Positions 23,566 to 38,310 of a DNA stretch of 54,338 nucleotides are shown here, piece after piece. A program made the translations under genes and the position numbers. A model generated the notes under the pieces. The model saw only the letters and a program-made list of their open reading frames with translations, had not been told where the DNA came from and made no database searches. The DNA lies in NCBI GenBank assembly GCA_018398765.1, contig JAHBMJ010000140.1, forward strand, positions 1 to 54,338, given 5' to 3'. The first letter of the stretch is position 1, and every line of letters starts with the position of its first letter. This stretch comes from Chromera velia (lineage: Eukaryota).

Positions 23566-25846
23566 GTTAAAAAGCGGAGAGGACAACAAAGTAGCTCGCA
23601 AAAAAAAAACCCACCTCCAAGCCTGTAATTTACTGCTGGTGCAATTATCATGTTTGGTACGTGGTGCAACTGTCACTGCAACATATAGTATCATAGAATA
23701 ACATATGGTTGATGATTAGGGGTTTTGTTATATATACCGTTAATTGATGCCAAACCTACCAATTTTTGAGTAGAATTTTTAACTCATAAAGGTCTGATAT
23801 GTGCAAAGTAGTGTAAACTTTAATGATAAACTGATAAAAGACGCCAAATATTTACCAAATATACAACCAGTTACAGAAATAAGAGCTTGAGTAAAGCTAA
23901 ATAGTTATATTAATAGACCCTCATAGTTATGTCATAGCTTAAGTTTGCTTAAGTTATTTACTTTTATGTGGAAACTAGCAGTATATAATCTGGATATAGT
24001 GTATCATACACACTTTGCTTATGCATATAAACTAATGTAAGCTAAAATATTTTGTGACTACCTTTATTTTTATTTATGAAAAGGAAGTCATCATAGTTAT
24101 GACGCATATTAGTGGATGTGCACATGGAGAAACAAACAGCATACGCGGACGCCGTTTTTCTGCTTCTTCGTTTCTGTTTCCACCCAGACATTTCTGTCGT
24201 CATATTGCACCTCGAGGTGTCCCCTCCCTGTTTCCGTTCTAATCTTCCTTTTTTTTTCTTTTTCCTTCACTTCTTCCCTTTCATTTTCTCTTTCCTCTAG
24301 GGGGCTAGTAACCTGCTGTTTCTTCTTTGACAAAAATGTCCTTCGCTCCACCCCGCCATCATCGCGCCATGGCCCTCCCTCTCTCCTTCTGCATGCCGAA
24401 GTCGGATCTCCCTTTCTCCCTTTGTCGATTCCCTTCAATGCTGCTATCGGTATTCTGCGTCATTGTCACTCATTCAACTGATCGGCCAGTCAGGCAGTCA
24501 ATGCGGGAGAGAGCTACGTACTCACTGAGAGAGTGCACGAAGAAAAGATCGAGAGGACCCTACGGTCACCCCTCCCCTCCTTGTGTGGGCAATTGTCTTC
24601 TCTGCTCTGCTCTCCTCTCTCCTTCAACACGCAAACAATTAAGCGGAAGAAGAACAGGCGCAGCACTCAACAGTCACACAAGACAACATGTTGGACACAC
24701 ACAAAAATACATGCAAAGGCTCGCACGCACGCACACACACGAAAAAGACTCGATCCGAATGATTGGATGGAAGGATGAATGAATGATCCGAATGCTAGTC
24801 CGAATGATTGGATGGAAGGATGAAGGAATGAATAAATGAATGGAGTAAAGAAAGAAGAGACTGTACCACTGCATCCATTCACGAGACGAAGGAAGAGAAC
24901 CCGGAGGAAACAAAAACGCTCTCCACGTCTCTCATTCTCCCTCTGAGACTCGCCAGGAGGGTCCCACACATGCACTCACTCGGTCACGCAATCGAACGAA
25001 GTCGGCCATGGACCTTCAAATGAACAATTAAGCACACACAGACAGACACAAACAAAAAGTGGAAGGAATGAAGTGGGACGAACGAACGAACAAGCAAACG
25101 GCCGGACGGGGAGGAACCAATTGAGGGAGAAGATCATTGGAGAGAGAGAGGAAAGAGAGAGACAAGATGCACAGAGAGACACCCGACCCACCCAGATCTC
25201 ATCTCATCTCATCATCGCATCACCCGAGAGAGTTTGTCACCCCAGCCCCTCCCAAGTGCTCCGCTCCTCCCCTCTCCTCTTCATTGGGATCTGATTTGTT
25301 TGGAAGGTTCCTCTTGTTCGTTCGCAATCGTCCTTCCAAGCACTTTCCTTCCAAGGACTAACCGACGGCCTTATTTGTCGAACAATGAAGGAAGGAAGGG
25401 AGGGATGCTTGATTGATTGACAGGGAGAACTCACTTAATTCTCGCCGTCTCCATTTGTTTTTTTTTTTCAATCAAAAGCTCTCTTTCTGGTTAATCGATT
25501 GGCCGACAGGAACGAAGAGGGGGGAACAGGGGCAAATCCTTTTGGCCTCTCTTTCTCTCCCCTTCTCTCTCGCTTTCTCTCTCTGTGCTTCTCTCCCTGC
25601 CTGTGAGTCATTCCTTTCTCATTACACCATTTCCTTCCTTCCTTCCTTCCTTCAACACATGGGGGATTCCCCAGCTCAGACAGTTGATGAATGCATGCAT
25701 GCCGGGGACGACAATGGCTTGCCTGCCTGCCTTTGTCCTTCACATCTCTTTCTCCGTTGTCCGCCCTTCTTCCTTTTCTTCGGACGGATTGGAATTAAGG
25801 CGTCGAGAGGAGAGGAAAGGACTCGGACAATCGAAGGACGGAAGGC

Positions 25847-25985
25847 CAATCAATCAATCAATCAATCAATCAAGCAGTCAATCAATCAATCAATCAATCA
25901 AGCAGTCAATCAATCAATCAATCAAGCAGTCAATCAAGCAGTCAATCAAGCCAAGCAGTCAATCAGGCAGTCAATTCATCAATCC
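25847..25985. repeat. (CAAT)n microsatellite with GCAGT interruptions
   Basis: Directly visible. Confidence 0.9.
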
Positions 25986-26136
25986 AAGGATTGATCTTAA
26001 GTTTCGAGAAGAAACTACTTTGCTGCTGTGTTCCAGCTCGAAACCTGTTCTTTCTTCGTTTCTCTTCTTGAGTTGCTTTGGTTTTTCTTCTTCGTGACTC
26101 CGTTCATTCATTTGTTATTCAGTCAGTCGAGTTTGT

Positions 26137-26195
<59 letters not shown>

Positions 26196-29100
26196 GGTGT
26201 AGAATCGAGCAAAATTCCTGCGTAGCGTTGGCGTGTTTCGACAGAAACAGACGTGAAAGAAAGTAAAGGATTCCCTGCTGAACGACTAGCGAAGGAAGAG
26301 ATAGCTGAAAGAAAAAAAAATTCGTCAGGGCATTCTCTTCGATCTTCTTCCTTGACTGACACCCGAGCAAAATCGTAGAACAAAAAAGGGAAAAAACAGT
26401 GGAAGGACGAAAGAAAAGAAGAAAAGGAAAACAACGAGAAAAAGACAGTCAAAAAGACGATTCAATACTTTACCTCCGGACGAGCTCCCTATCCAAGCAT
26501 CGCCCTCTGCCCTCCTCTCTGTTCTGTTCTGTTCGTTTTGCCGGAAGGAAGAAGGCTGGGGAGGCAGGCAGAAGGAAGCTGGAGGACACGAGAGAAGAAA
26601 GAGAGAAATTCAGAGAGAAGGAGAAAGAGAGGGAGAGCGCCTTGGGTCTTTGCAAATCGCTCTCCTTTCCTTTCCTTTCCTTTCCTTTTCTGCCCTTTCC
26701 TTTCCGTTCGTCTCTCTTCTTCTCCTCTTTTTATTTTATCATCTTGCATCCATTCCCACATATGAAAATCCACCTGTCAAGATTAATTCTTTCAGTTCGG
26801 TTGCTTGGCCGCTCGCTTTCTGGGTGCTCCCTTCTTCTTGCGACAAGATTTCACCCACCCACCCACCAAGATCTTTCTTGCATTGCATCGAATGCAATGA
26901 AGAAGAGGGAAAAGAGCTGGCGGTCTGTCACAATAAATAAACTGGACCGCAGGCATTTTAAAAATAAAGGAATCCAATTCAGCATGCACAAAAGGAAAAA
27001 AACAATGCAAACCCTCATCGTCGCGCAACGATTCTAAGAAAGTGGAGGAGGCTGACTGATTGACAGATTTCTGACCCTTCCATTCCTTTTCCCCCCCTCT
27101 CTTGTTCTGCTCTCGCTCACATACTCACACTCTCTCTCACTCGGGAGGGATTGAGGGAATCGAAGGAAATCGAAATTCACCGTTGATCGTTCGATTTCCT
27201 TTTCCCAATTCCCCTTTATCTTTTGCCTGAACGGTCAACGGTGAAACAAGAAGCAAACAGAAAAAGGCAGGCAGACAGAAATGATGGAAGGAAAGAAGGA
27301 AAGCAACTGGAGGAGATGATGGAAAAGAAACTTTCAATCCTTCAAGTGAGGAGAGGAAGACGCGGCAACCCACTCACTCACTCACTCACTCACTCACTCA
27401 CGCATCGCTACATTCAATCATTACTTCATCCATTCATCTGTTCATTCATTCATTCATTCATTCATCTGTTCCTTTCTTCGTTTCTGCATCATTCGTCAAT
27501 CCGCGTGGCCATTCAACATCCCCCCCCCCCAGAGACCTCAACGACCCCATTCATCCGTCCATTCGATTCACCGAACAGACAGACAAGTCGGCAGTCAGCT
27601 AGGCAACCAAACAAATCAGTCAGTTGCGAACATAAGCATGAAAGTACCGTCAAGGCAAAAAAAATAAATCACATGCAGAGAAAGCTGCAAACACCATAAA
27701 GTGGTCTCAACTGTCACCGAAAAGGGAAGGAGAGAAAAGGATCGCAGGGAAAGAAATTAAACAGGTGCAAAGGCACGGCCAAAAACAAACAAACAAAAAG
27801 CGCTCAATCGATCGACCGACCAGACATTGCCTCTCCTCTCCTCTCTCCGACAGTGGAGGAAGAGAAAGGGGGACGGAAGAAGACAGGTCGAGGAGAACAG
27901 AAGAGAGGAGAAGAAAGACGAGCATGAGAACGAGAAAGAGAACAGCAGACTTGTTAGAAAGGCACAGTCTTTCTCTTCATCCCCTTACTTTGTCTCGTTC
28001 TCTCCCCCCCCTCTCTCTGCCTCTTTCTGCTGTTCGCTCAGTGCTTTTTTAGATTTCTCGATTTCTCTTTTGTCTGCATGTTTCTTTCTTTTTCCTATGC
28101 CATTCCACACTTCCCTTCCGATTTTGTGAACCCATGGCCATCCCTTCCCTTCCCTTCCCTCCTCTTCATTTCCCTTGCTTCATTCGACCTAGACAGCTTT
28201 CGACAGTGTTGCCAGGGGAAGGGAAGGGAAGGGAAGGGAAGGCCCGAGGGAAGGGAAGGGAAGAGGGATGGGCAAGGAAGGACAAGGTGAAGGAAGGAGA
28301 AAGAAAGGAAAGAGGAAGTCTGACCGGCAGCCAGCCGGATTGTTTCTTTCTTTCTTTCTTTCTTTCTTTTTTTTTCTTTCTTTCTCTTCTTGTCCCTTCT
28401 TTTGCTCTTCCAGACCTTCGAAAGAAAATCTGCCTTCTGAGTTGAGTTGAAATTCCAGAATGACAGCTAAAATGACAGTAAAAAGGGAAGGACGACGGTG
28501 GCACGCACTGACCAGAAAGTAAAAGATTGCAGCAAGAAGTCGACTTTATAAACTAGTGAGAAATCCTGAATGAAGGAAAGAAAGAAGGAAAGAAAGAAAG
28601 AAGGAAAGAAAAGAAAGAAAGAAAGAAAGACGCTAAAAGAGGAAGACGAGCAAGACACTCAGCAGCAACCTCCAGACAGACAGATGAAGGAAGGAAGGAA
28701 AGAAGGAAGGAAGGAAGGGCGGAAAGGAGGGATCGATCAAGGGCTTGAGGGAGGACAAATTAAGTCCACCAATCAACAATCAACGGAAGGGAAGAAAAGA
28801 GAACGTGACCACGTTCCCTTCATACGAGACGAGAAAGGAAGGAGGAGGAATTCCGTCACTGAAGGAGGACAAAGGGTCAATGAAAGAAACTCAATCATCG
28901 ATATATCCATCCATCTCCCTCCATCACCGCGGTTGACTGAGTGTGGCTGCAGTGTTTGAGTGCGTGATCAGTGCCTGATTGATTGATTGATTGAGCGACT
29001 GACTGCTGCTTCAATCCATCGTCGACGAAGAGAGAAAGAGAAGTCGCTTCGTTCGTTCGTCCATCCATCATCCCTCATCCCACAGAAACAAACAAACGTG

Positions 29101-29339
29101 CACGCCATCGAGCGGCAAGACAACAGCACTACATTTCTTCAAAACCATGCCGCCCGCCCGCCCGCCCGCCCGCCCGCCTTGTCCTTTCCACGTCTCGTCG
29201 CTCCTCCTCTGATCGGTTCTCCGCACGAATCTCCATTCATTCATTCATTCATTCAACATTCCGCCGTCCTCCCGACCGTATGAATGCACAGGCACCCACC
29301 CATCCGCCCTCTCAGCCAATCGGCCACCGGATGATGATG

Positions 29340-29374
<35 letters not shown>

Positions 29375-30972
29375 AGAGAGAGAGAGAGAATGAGAGACAG
29401 AGAGAGAGAAAGAGAGAGAGAGACAGGGAGGGTGGGGGGAAGGGGGGGGCTTTGAGAGACATAGAGAGACAGTGAGCGCAAATTTTTCAGATCGAAGAGT
29501 TTCTTTCAGATCTGCGATTTTTAGTTTCAACCCCCAATTTTCCACTCCACATCAGATGTTAATTTTTACAAAAATAAAATAAAAGGCTTTTCATCTTTCA
29601 GAAGTAAATTTTGGAAACGCAAGTTTCATTGTTTGTGTGTCTGTATGGTTGGTAATTGTCGACCTCTTGACGGTCGCGGCATTCAGCTATGGAAAAAGAA
29701 GCTTGAAAAGACAGAGAGAGGTATGGGCAACGAAACAAGACAGAACGAAACCAAAACTTGTCTGATGTCTGTGTGTCTGTCTGCCTGCCTACCAGTTTGA
29801 AAGAAAGCAAGAAGAATTACCAGACAGCAGGATGTTAAAACCTCATATGCGCTTTAATTGATCGCATTTCACTTCACGTCGCATCGGTCCATTTTTCTTC
29901 TTCTTCTCTCCTCTTTTCATTACTTTCTTTCTCAGCCGACATTCTTGCCTGCCTGACTGCCCGTCTGTTTCGGGTGTGTATAAAAGCAAAGAAGCCGAAA
30001 TAAGCAAAGCAAACTGGGTCAGCAAGAGGACGTCATAAGGACTTGCAAGGTACAAGACCGAAATGAAAATGAAAGTTCATTGAGTTCAGTGGATTCTTTG
30101 CTGCCGTTCTGTCTGTCTGTCTCTTCGGCACAAGATACGAAAACAAACCTGGTGTGTCTGCCTGCTTCTTTAAAACGACAAATAGGCATACACGAGCCCT
30201 GTTTTTCTGCTGTTTGATTTGATTGCAAAAGACAGATAGGCAGGTGTGTGAGAAAGGAGTCGGGAGGGGAAGAAAGTGAAAGCAAAATTCCACGCAAACA
30301 AAGAAGAAGTCACGGCATGATTGAAGGTATTCAGTCAGTCAGTCAGTCAATCCCTCGACGACTAATGCATTCTGTTCAGTTCTTACACATGCCAGTGCAG
30401 GCAAGCCCAGTGCGACAAGTTAGCTCGACTATTCTCTCTCTCTGTCTCTCTACTGCCAGACAACAGGCGCTTGTGTACTCTGGCAGAAGGTAGGAAGGAA
30501 GCCTGGTGGGTAGGAATGAGGAGGAGAAAAGAAATTGGTGACGACGAAAGAGAGAAGGGAGAAAGAAAAGAGAAAGGCTACACGACACGCACGCACAGGG
30601 AAGGGAAGGGAAGAAGAATCAATCGAGCTGCCTCCTTACTTGTCATTTTGCACGGAGTTCACTTGCATCTGCTCTTTCTCTCGACAGACAGACGGAGAGA
30701 AAGAGGAAGAAACAAAAGATCGATCTTACCATAGGATGGTGTGTGAGTAAGCCCCCATGGAGCCACTCGCTCAGGCAGGCACAAAGCAAGCCACCGATCC
30801 CACAGCAAAGGAGAGGCACAAAGGAGAAAGAAAAGAGCAAGTGAAGAAGCCGTGTGGAAAGAGAGGAGAGGAGAGGCGAGGAAAGCGGCAAGGGTGGGAC
30901 AAACCAGATTGATTTCTCCCATGCAGGCCGCCTCTTTCTTGCCTTCTCTCTCTCCACTTCACTCCACCCTTA

Positions 30973-31009
<37 letters not shown>

Positions 31010-34000
31010 TTCTTCCTCTGGGTGGCTCCCTAGAGGCCCACAGCCCTGAAGAGATAGACGTGAGGGAAGAAACGACTACGAAGGACGGACGACAAACGTC
31101 TCAGGAGCGAAAGACGGAGAGGGGCTACAGGTGATATCGACAAACACTGATCGATCAGAGACTCAACAACTAGTCCTTCATGCACTCATTCCTGACTGAC
31201 TGACCGACTGACTGTCTCACCGACTTGCAGACTTGTGTGTGTGAGAGAGAGAGAGAGAAAGAGAAAGAGAAAGGGGGCGGGAGGAGGCCAAGAGAGGGGG
31301 GCGAAGAGAGAACTAGTGAGGTCAAAGAGGAGGACCAAAAGAATTAAGAGTGAAGAAGAAGGAAAAGAAAGAAAAGACTAAGGGAGATGGGGAGACGGAG
31401 GGAGGCAGACACGGAACGATCGATGGTGAAGGCAAAAAACAGCGCAGGCAGGCACAGCCAAAAATGACGAGAAAACGAAGTTGATAGATACGCGAGAAAG
31501 AAAGAAAGAAAGGAAAAGGAAGAAAGACAAACAAGCAGCCAAAAGCAGCAAAAGAGGGTTAACCGTGCAACCTTGCACCACCCCGCCCCTGCCAAAAACA
31601 CTCATGCATGCAAGCATACACATGGAGTCATGCGCATTAGGAGCGAGTGAGAGAGACAAAGAAAGAAAAAGAAGGACATCAACGCCCTGCTCGGGTCACT
31701 GTCAACAGACAGCAGCGAAGCTTTCCTGCCGGCGGACAGGTGTGCTCGTGCTCTTTTCATTTCATGAAATTTCCTTTTCTCTCTCTCTCCGTCTCCCTCC
31801 CTCCATTGGTTGGTCATTGTTTTGTGGTCATTGTTTGTGCATGGCACTGATGTCGTCATGTGTGTTCGTCCCGTCTTGAGTCAGACAGGTGTTCGCGATT
31901 CTTCCTCCCTTCCTTTCGTTCTCTCTCTGTCTCTGTCTTCCCCCTTCTCTCGATGTTGGTTTCAGTTTTCTTTCACGCAAAAAAGGGAATGGGGTGGAGG
32001 GAGGACAACGGAGAAGAGAAATAAGAAAAGAGGGAAGGGCATAAGGAACGAAGGACGAAGGAAGGGACCCTTTGGTCAAAAGAGAATTTAATTAAGTCGC
32101 CCTTCCTTCCTTCCTTCCTTCCTTACCTCTCCCATCCGTTTCAGAAAGATCAGACAAAACAGCAGCGTGCGACGCTGTTGTGTGTCTGAAGTCTGTCCAT
32201 TTTTTCTTTCTTTCTTTCCCTTTGGAAGGCCTTCCTTCTCTCTCCCTCCTCTCGCCTCTGCTCTCTTCCAAACCATTTTCTTTTCACATCAAGAGCGGAC
32301 GTGAAAAAAAAAAGGAGGAAGAGTCGAAAAGAAGAAAAGGATGAAGAAACCAAGCAAGAAGCGCTTCCTTCTTTTTTCCACTCCAGAACGTCCCCCCAAG
32401 TGACGACAAGACACATTTTTGTTTTGTTCGGATATTTCCTTCTACAGAAATGTTCACGTCAGAAGCGGACGTGCATGAAAACAGCAAAGCAGTGAAGAGG
32501 GAAAAGCCCAACTGACAAACATGCAGTATGGGAAGGAAGGGGTGGTGGAGGGAGGTAGAGAAGGGACAGACAGACAACAAGCAAACAAACAAACAAGCAA
32601 GGAATTTGGGGGCGGAGAAATAAGATCAAACGACTTGATGAGACAGCAAACCAGCTCTGTCGCTCTCTCCCTCTCTACCTGTTCTCGCAATACTTTCTAA
32701 GCAATTTCGCACGAAGGTATACTTTCTTTTGTTTTTATTTTCATGAATGAAAGAAAGAGCACGAGGGAGTACAGCAAGATTCTCGTTATTCATTTCTTCT
32801 GCTCGGTGCCTTTTTTCGTTTGTTTGACCAGCCTCCTCTCGCCAGACTTCCTATGTTCCTTCCACAGGCACATTCACGCATCGCAACAAAGCAAAAACAT
32901 ACAAAGAAAGCGATCGGATTGCTTGCACGATCGAAGCAAGCAGACAGAAAGAAAGAACAAAAACAGAACCGTCGGTCGATCGATCGATCAGCCCCCGCAA
33001 CCCGGAAGGAAGAAAGGACAAAAGGCAAAAAACGAAAGAAAGCAACGACAGCCAAAGAGGAATGAAGGAAAGATAGGGGAATCTTTCCTTTTTTTCTCCC
33101 TCTCTTTCCTGTTTTCTCTTTGCGGTGGGTTCCTCATTTAATGCCCCCTCCCTCCCTCCCTCCCACCCCCCAAGGACCTTCCCACAATCCACCCGCCCCC
33201 TTGTTTGCCTGCCTGCCTGCACCAGCGACGGATTTCAAAACACAACACAAAAGTGTCTTCAATGCATGAAGAAGGGAAGGGGAGAGAGGAGAGGAGAGGA
33301 GAGGACGGCATGCACATCTGCGAAGGATGCAGACAATACGGGTGAGGTCCTTTATCTTCTCGGCTTGTTGCTCGGTTGTTTGCTTACAGCCAAAGTCAGA
33401 GAGCATTCGGAAGGAGCAAATGGTCGGTCAAAAGCAGATACAATATGAAGAGACAACTTGTGTGTTTTGTTTTCTCATTGCCTGTGCCTGAGTCGCACTG
33501 TCTCCTCCTGTCTTGTCTTGCCTTGCCTTTTGTTGCCGAGAATGTCTGCCTGACTGCGCCTTTTTCGTCCTTCGGTTGAATGTGCCTGAGCTTCTTTGCT
33601 TGTTTGTCTTGGTGTTTTTCTCATTCTGCTCTTCGCACTTGCGAAAGAGATGAATTCACATTCTTCTTCTCTTTTCTTTTCTTTTCTTTTCTTTCAGTTT
33701 CTGCTCCCCCTTTTGTTTCCCCCAGGGGGGCTTTCGTCGGGGGTGTTCCTGCTGTTGCTTTCTTTCCTCATCCATCACTCGGCGCAGCGTGAAGGAAGAC
33801 AAAACGACTCCCTCTCTGGCGGCTGCTGGCTGCTCTCTTTCTCTCTCTATCTCTGGCAACACCTCCGCTTTCCTAGTCTCTTCTCTTCTGTTGTCTGTTT
33901 GGTTCTTGGCCGAATGCAAACACATCCTTCCCTTCCTTTCCTTTCCTTTTCTTTGTACTGCTGGGAAAGGAAGAGAAAAGCAAACCTGCCTGACGGAAAG

Positions 34001-34433
34001 GAAAGGAACCAAGTCGAGGACCGACAGAGAAGGGAAGCGAACAATGGGAAGTTGAGAGAAAGAAAGAAATCAGACGAACAGACAGAAACTTAGTTGGTTA
34101 GTGAGTTCCCTCTCGGTTCAAAGTTGGCTCTGCCCTACCCGCACGAACAGACAGATGAGTTCTTTTTTTTCCTTGACACATTCACTTCCCTTCCTTCGTC
34201 CATAGAGTCCATGGTCAACTTGTCGGAGTTTCCTTCCTTTTTTTCCCTTATCCTCTGCATTCCTTCCCTTACCTCACCCCCTCTAATTTTGACACATCCT
34301 CGCTTACTCAACGTTTCTGGATCAGTCAGCATCACCCACTCATTGTCCTTCCCCCTCTCTCAATGCGCCTGTCTGTTACGCAAACAGGACAAGGAAAGAT
34401 AGCTGAGACAATCTTAAACAGTAGTCGGCAAGA

Positions 34434-37400
34434 CTAACGGGAGCAAGGAGAGGGGAGAAGAAGAAAAGGGTGAAAAGGAAGGCCCCCGGCAAACCCATCG
34501 GTGGAGGGAGGCCCCCCTCTCGGGACGTTCTGGCGGAGAGCAGGCGGCAGCGGCTCCGACGCGTTGACCGACCGTCCCTCCCACCCCCCTCCGAAAGGAG
34601 GCCTGCCTCCCATGCTCGCGGTCCCTGCTGTCCTCTCGTCGCGCGGCTGATGCTGTTGCTGATGTGGGAAGCGAGCACACACGTCCGCATGCTGAGAGGA
34701 AGAGGGTGGGGGGGGTGCGAGGAAGTGGGGGGCATTCGAGATTCTCCTTCCGCCTCCTCCTCCTCCTCCTCTGCCTGTGTGGTATCTGAAGTGCTCTCCA
34801 GGTACGCGTGCTGAGTCGTCACCTCGGTGTCCTCCTCCCGTCTTCCCTGGTGCCTCCTTTTCTTTCCAGTTCGGGACCTCCCACGGCTCTCTCGCTCCTC
34901 CCCGGAGAGGGACAGGGAGGGCCCTCTCCTTCTGAGTGCAATTTTCTGTCTGTGGGGGGGGGGGAAGGACGTCAGGGGGCGGGGGGGGAAGAAGGCCCGA
35001 GGGCCCGGTCGTGTTCCTTCCCGCGCCTGGGCCCCCAGTGATGGCGGGGAGGGCCCCTTGGGTCCTTGCGGGACTCGCGAGGGAGACGGAAAATCCAGAG
35101 ACAGAGTGGGGGGTGCGACATCCACCCACACCCACACCCGCACCACCCAGGCAGGCGACGGAGGGGAAGCCGAAGGATGAGAAGGCGGTGAGGGCGAGGG
35201 AGTTTGGAGGCGAGACGGGGGGAGTAGTGGAATCACGCGAAACGGGGGTGACCCCGAACCTCTTCTGTACGGGTGTCGGGGGTGGGGGGGGCAGAAGGTC
35301 CGAAGTTGAGGGACACGGCCGCCTGCAAAGCCGTTGTGCACTTTGAGCGATCTCATGGGCAGAGAAGAACTGAGATTCGACAGGGGGGGGGGGGGGCGGC
35401 GGGCGAAGGCCGGGCTCAGGTCCGAGACTGCTGCCGGACGCTGCGCGCCGCCACGGATACCGGTGCGTTGCTTGGGGGGTGCTCACGACGATTCGGATGG
35501 GCTCAGGGGGGCCTTTCATAAAGCCGCCTTCTCCAGACATGCCGGGGCCATGTGGATTCATGATGCCAGGCCTGGGGTGCCCCCACGGGGGGCGACTTTC
35601 AGATTCCCTTACGCCCCTCTCCCTTCGGAAGGGAGCCTGGTGAGAGGGTCCTCCGATGAATCGCCCCGGGTGTCCCCCTCTGTTTGCCTGTTGATTCTGT
35701 TTCTGTTGCTGCTGCTGTTGTTTCTCTTTTTCTCTCGCGAACCTCCGTCTGTAGAAGGCGTCTTTCTCTTCGCGGTCTGCCCTCAGGGGGGGGCAGCAGT
35801 AGTGACAGTGCTTGCAGAGCCACCTGCGCATATGGATGCATGCAGTCAAGTGAGCGCTCGTTTCCTCACATACACTCGAGTCATGATTCACACATTGGAA
35901 GAAGAGCGCAGTTGGAGAGTTGCAAAAGGGATCAAAAAGAGGGAGAGGGAGAGGGAGAGGGAGAGAAAGTGTGTGTGTGTGAGAGAGAGAGAGAGAACGT
36001 ATAAGTATGCATTGACTGCATTTCCCCCCCACACGGCAGGCAACCTTTAGTAAACGGCGAAAGATTGACATGTGATGCGGTGAATGCTGCGCGCGCGACA
36101 GAGAGAGGGAGAGAGAGAGAGAGAAAGAACCAGCTAGGCACAAGCGGACCGCTAGCTCCCCCGACCTACGCACGGATGGATCGAGGAACTAACTGACCCT
36201 TTGGCGCATCCAGTGTGTGTGTGTGCCCAGTAACACCGCTTGGTCTTGCAGAGCCCCCCCTGCACATGGTCCATACTGCCCACGTTGTCGAGCTGCTGAA
36301 TGAACGACCGAAGAGGCAAGGAGGGGGGGGAGGAGACTTCAGCTTCCCCTTCCTGTCCCTCCTCGCTCTTTTCTTCCTTTGCAGCAGCAGCCGGAGAAGG
36401 AGACGGAGACGGAGAGAACACACACAGGGGCGTCCTCTTGCCCTTGGAGTCGAATCTGATGGACACCGGGTAGACAGGACAGGAGCGGCTCCGGGTCGTG
36501 GCGGTTCGAACGAAGTCGACCTGCACAGAAAGAGGGAAGGAAGGAAGGAAGGAAGGAAGAGAGAGGGCGGATAGGGGGGCTGTATGGGGAAGGTTCATGC
36601 TTTGTTCTATCTTCATCCTTCCCTGATCATGTCGCACTACTTTCGTTTGTGATGCTTGCCTGTGGCGCATTGAATCCATATAATAGAATCGACTTGAGGA
36701 ACGAACAGGCAGGCACAGAGAGGGGAACGCAGGCAAAGAACGCAATGGAGGCGCGATGGATGGAATTCAGCGTCCGTCTAAGCGTGCTAAAGCCCAGTCT
36801 TCTCCCGCCGCCGGTCTTGTCTGACAGTTACGTTATTCAAAGCATGTGTCTGCAAGTATGTTCTTTTATCCGTCCATTGATCGAATCAGTGCAGAAAGAC
36901 CGGATCTTTTGAGGGCGCCCACATCGCGCGCGTGCGTGTGCGAGAGGGAGATTGAAAGTGTGTCCGTTCTGCTGGTCTGAGCTTGATTGCCGTGTGCCTG
37001 TCCGTGCGAGCAGCAAAATACCACAGTGCAGACGAGGGAGGGAGCCTCAGGGAGGGAGGGAGACGAAAGAGAGAAAGAGATAGAGAGATAGATAGATAAA
37101 GAGAGACAGAGGGAGAGGGAGAAGGAGAGGCAAGGGCGGAGAAAGGCAGGAAGCAGGAGACTAGGGACGTACAGTGGTCCCACCTGAATGAACGAACAAA
37201 TGAATGAATGAATGAAGCAAGCAAGGAAGCAAGGAAGGAAAGCAGGAAAGAGGAAAGCCGTACCTGTCGGAAATCCGCCAGATTGACGAATGTGTTCTGC
37301 TCTGTCATTTTGAAGCCCCGCGGCACATCAAGGAAGGGGGGCAGCTCCACGCCTTTCCCCCCCTCCCTTTGTCTGTCTCCTCCAATCAGAGCACTCCTCT

Positions 37401-37623
37401 CTCCTGCATGGGAGGGTGCAGGACGCTGCCATGAGGGAAAAGGGGGGTGCGTGACTCTGCCCGCCCGTCCCGAAGAGGAAGAGGAAGCAGCGGCCGAAGA
37501 GAAAAACCAGGGGTCAAGATGGAAGGCTGCAGCCAGGGGGAAACCCTTAGGCTGGAACCTCTCTTGATTCTCTTCTCTTCGCATTGGCGGGCAGGGAGAA
37601 GGGTGGCCCATGGAGCCAGGCAT
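34434..37623 (-). CDS. CCCH-type zinc-finger protein with a long Pro/Gly-rich C-terminus (putative RNA-binding)
   Basis: Exons 37623-37264, 36520-36198, 35823-34434. Splicing joins GSMDHVQGGLCKTKRCYWAHTHTGCAKG|WLCKHCHYC, an exact C-x8-C-x5-C-x3-H preceded by GS..H..G.C. The start and 3' end are less certain. Confidence 0.75.
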
Positions 37624-38310
37624 ACGCCTCCACGCGCAGTAACTGATAGATCCAAGCTAGGAGACAGTCCGACTGCGGAGACTTTCCCCTTCTTTCCTTC
37701 CTTCTCGTCCTCCTTCCGCTCTCCAGCCAGTTCGAGAGGGCAGGGGGAGTGTCCACCCAATAACAAGGCAGCAGCCTGTGGAATTTGACCGAGCGTCAAA
37801 AGCACAGGCCCTCTTCCGAAACCACACAGAAGTAGACAAACGGGACAGACAGACTGACACACAGAGACGTTCACCACACCTTAGTTCGTCTGAAACTCCT
37901 CTAGACGTTCTACTTGGACTTCCCAAATGTTGGGTTTGAGTGGGCAGGTGAGATCTGGGTAGAGAGACTGGGATACTCTTGCAGCATGTCGCTGATTCTG
38001 TGTGACAATTCAAAGGGTTCAGTATGTATGCATATGCCGGGTCTCGCTGCCCATCGCTGCCCTGTTAATTTACAGCTGGAGTCAAGAGCTGGTATGCAAG
38101 CGACCTTGTTGGTGGGGCCTCATGCACGAAGAAGCTGAGCTGCCCTCCGCGTACCGCGCGTTTTACACCTTGTAACACATTGAACATGCAGGATGCCACT
38201 TCCACAGGCTCCAGTGGCATGCCGGGGCCCAATAAAAAATCGTCTGGACCAAAGCCTCTTAGTATTAATCCTCAGGGCCGTCTTGCAAAAAAGACTGTCT
38301 GGAGTCTGGA

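Noticed and set aside
36045..36086. Extra exon HSPHHMSIFRRLLK in the CCCH gene
   Set aside because: Inclusion would break the C-x8-C-x5-C-x3-H spacing produced by 36198>35823.
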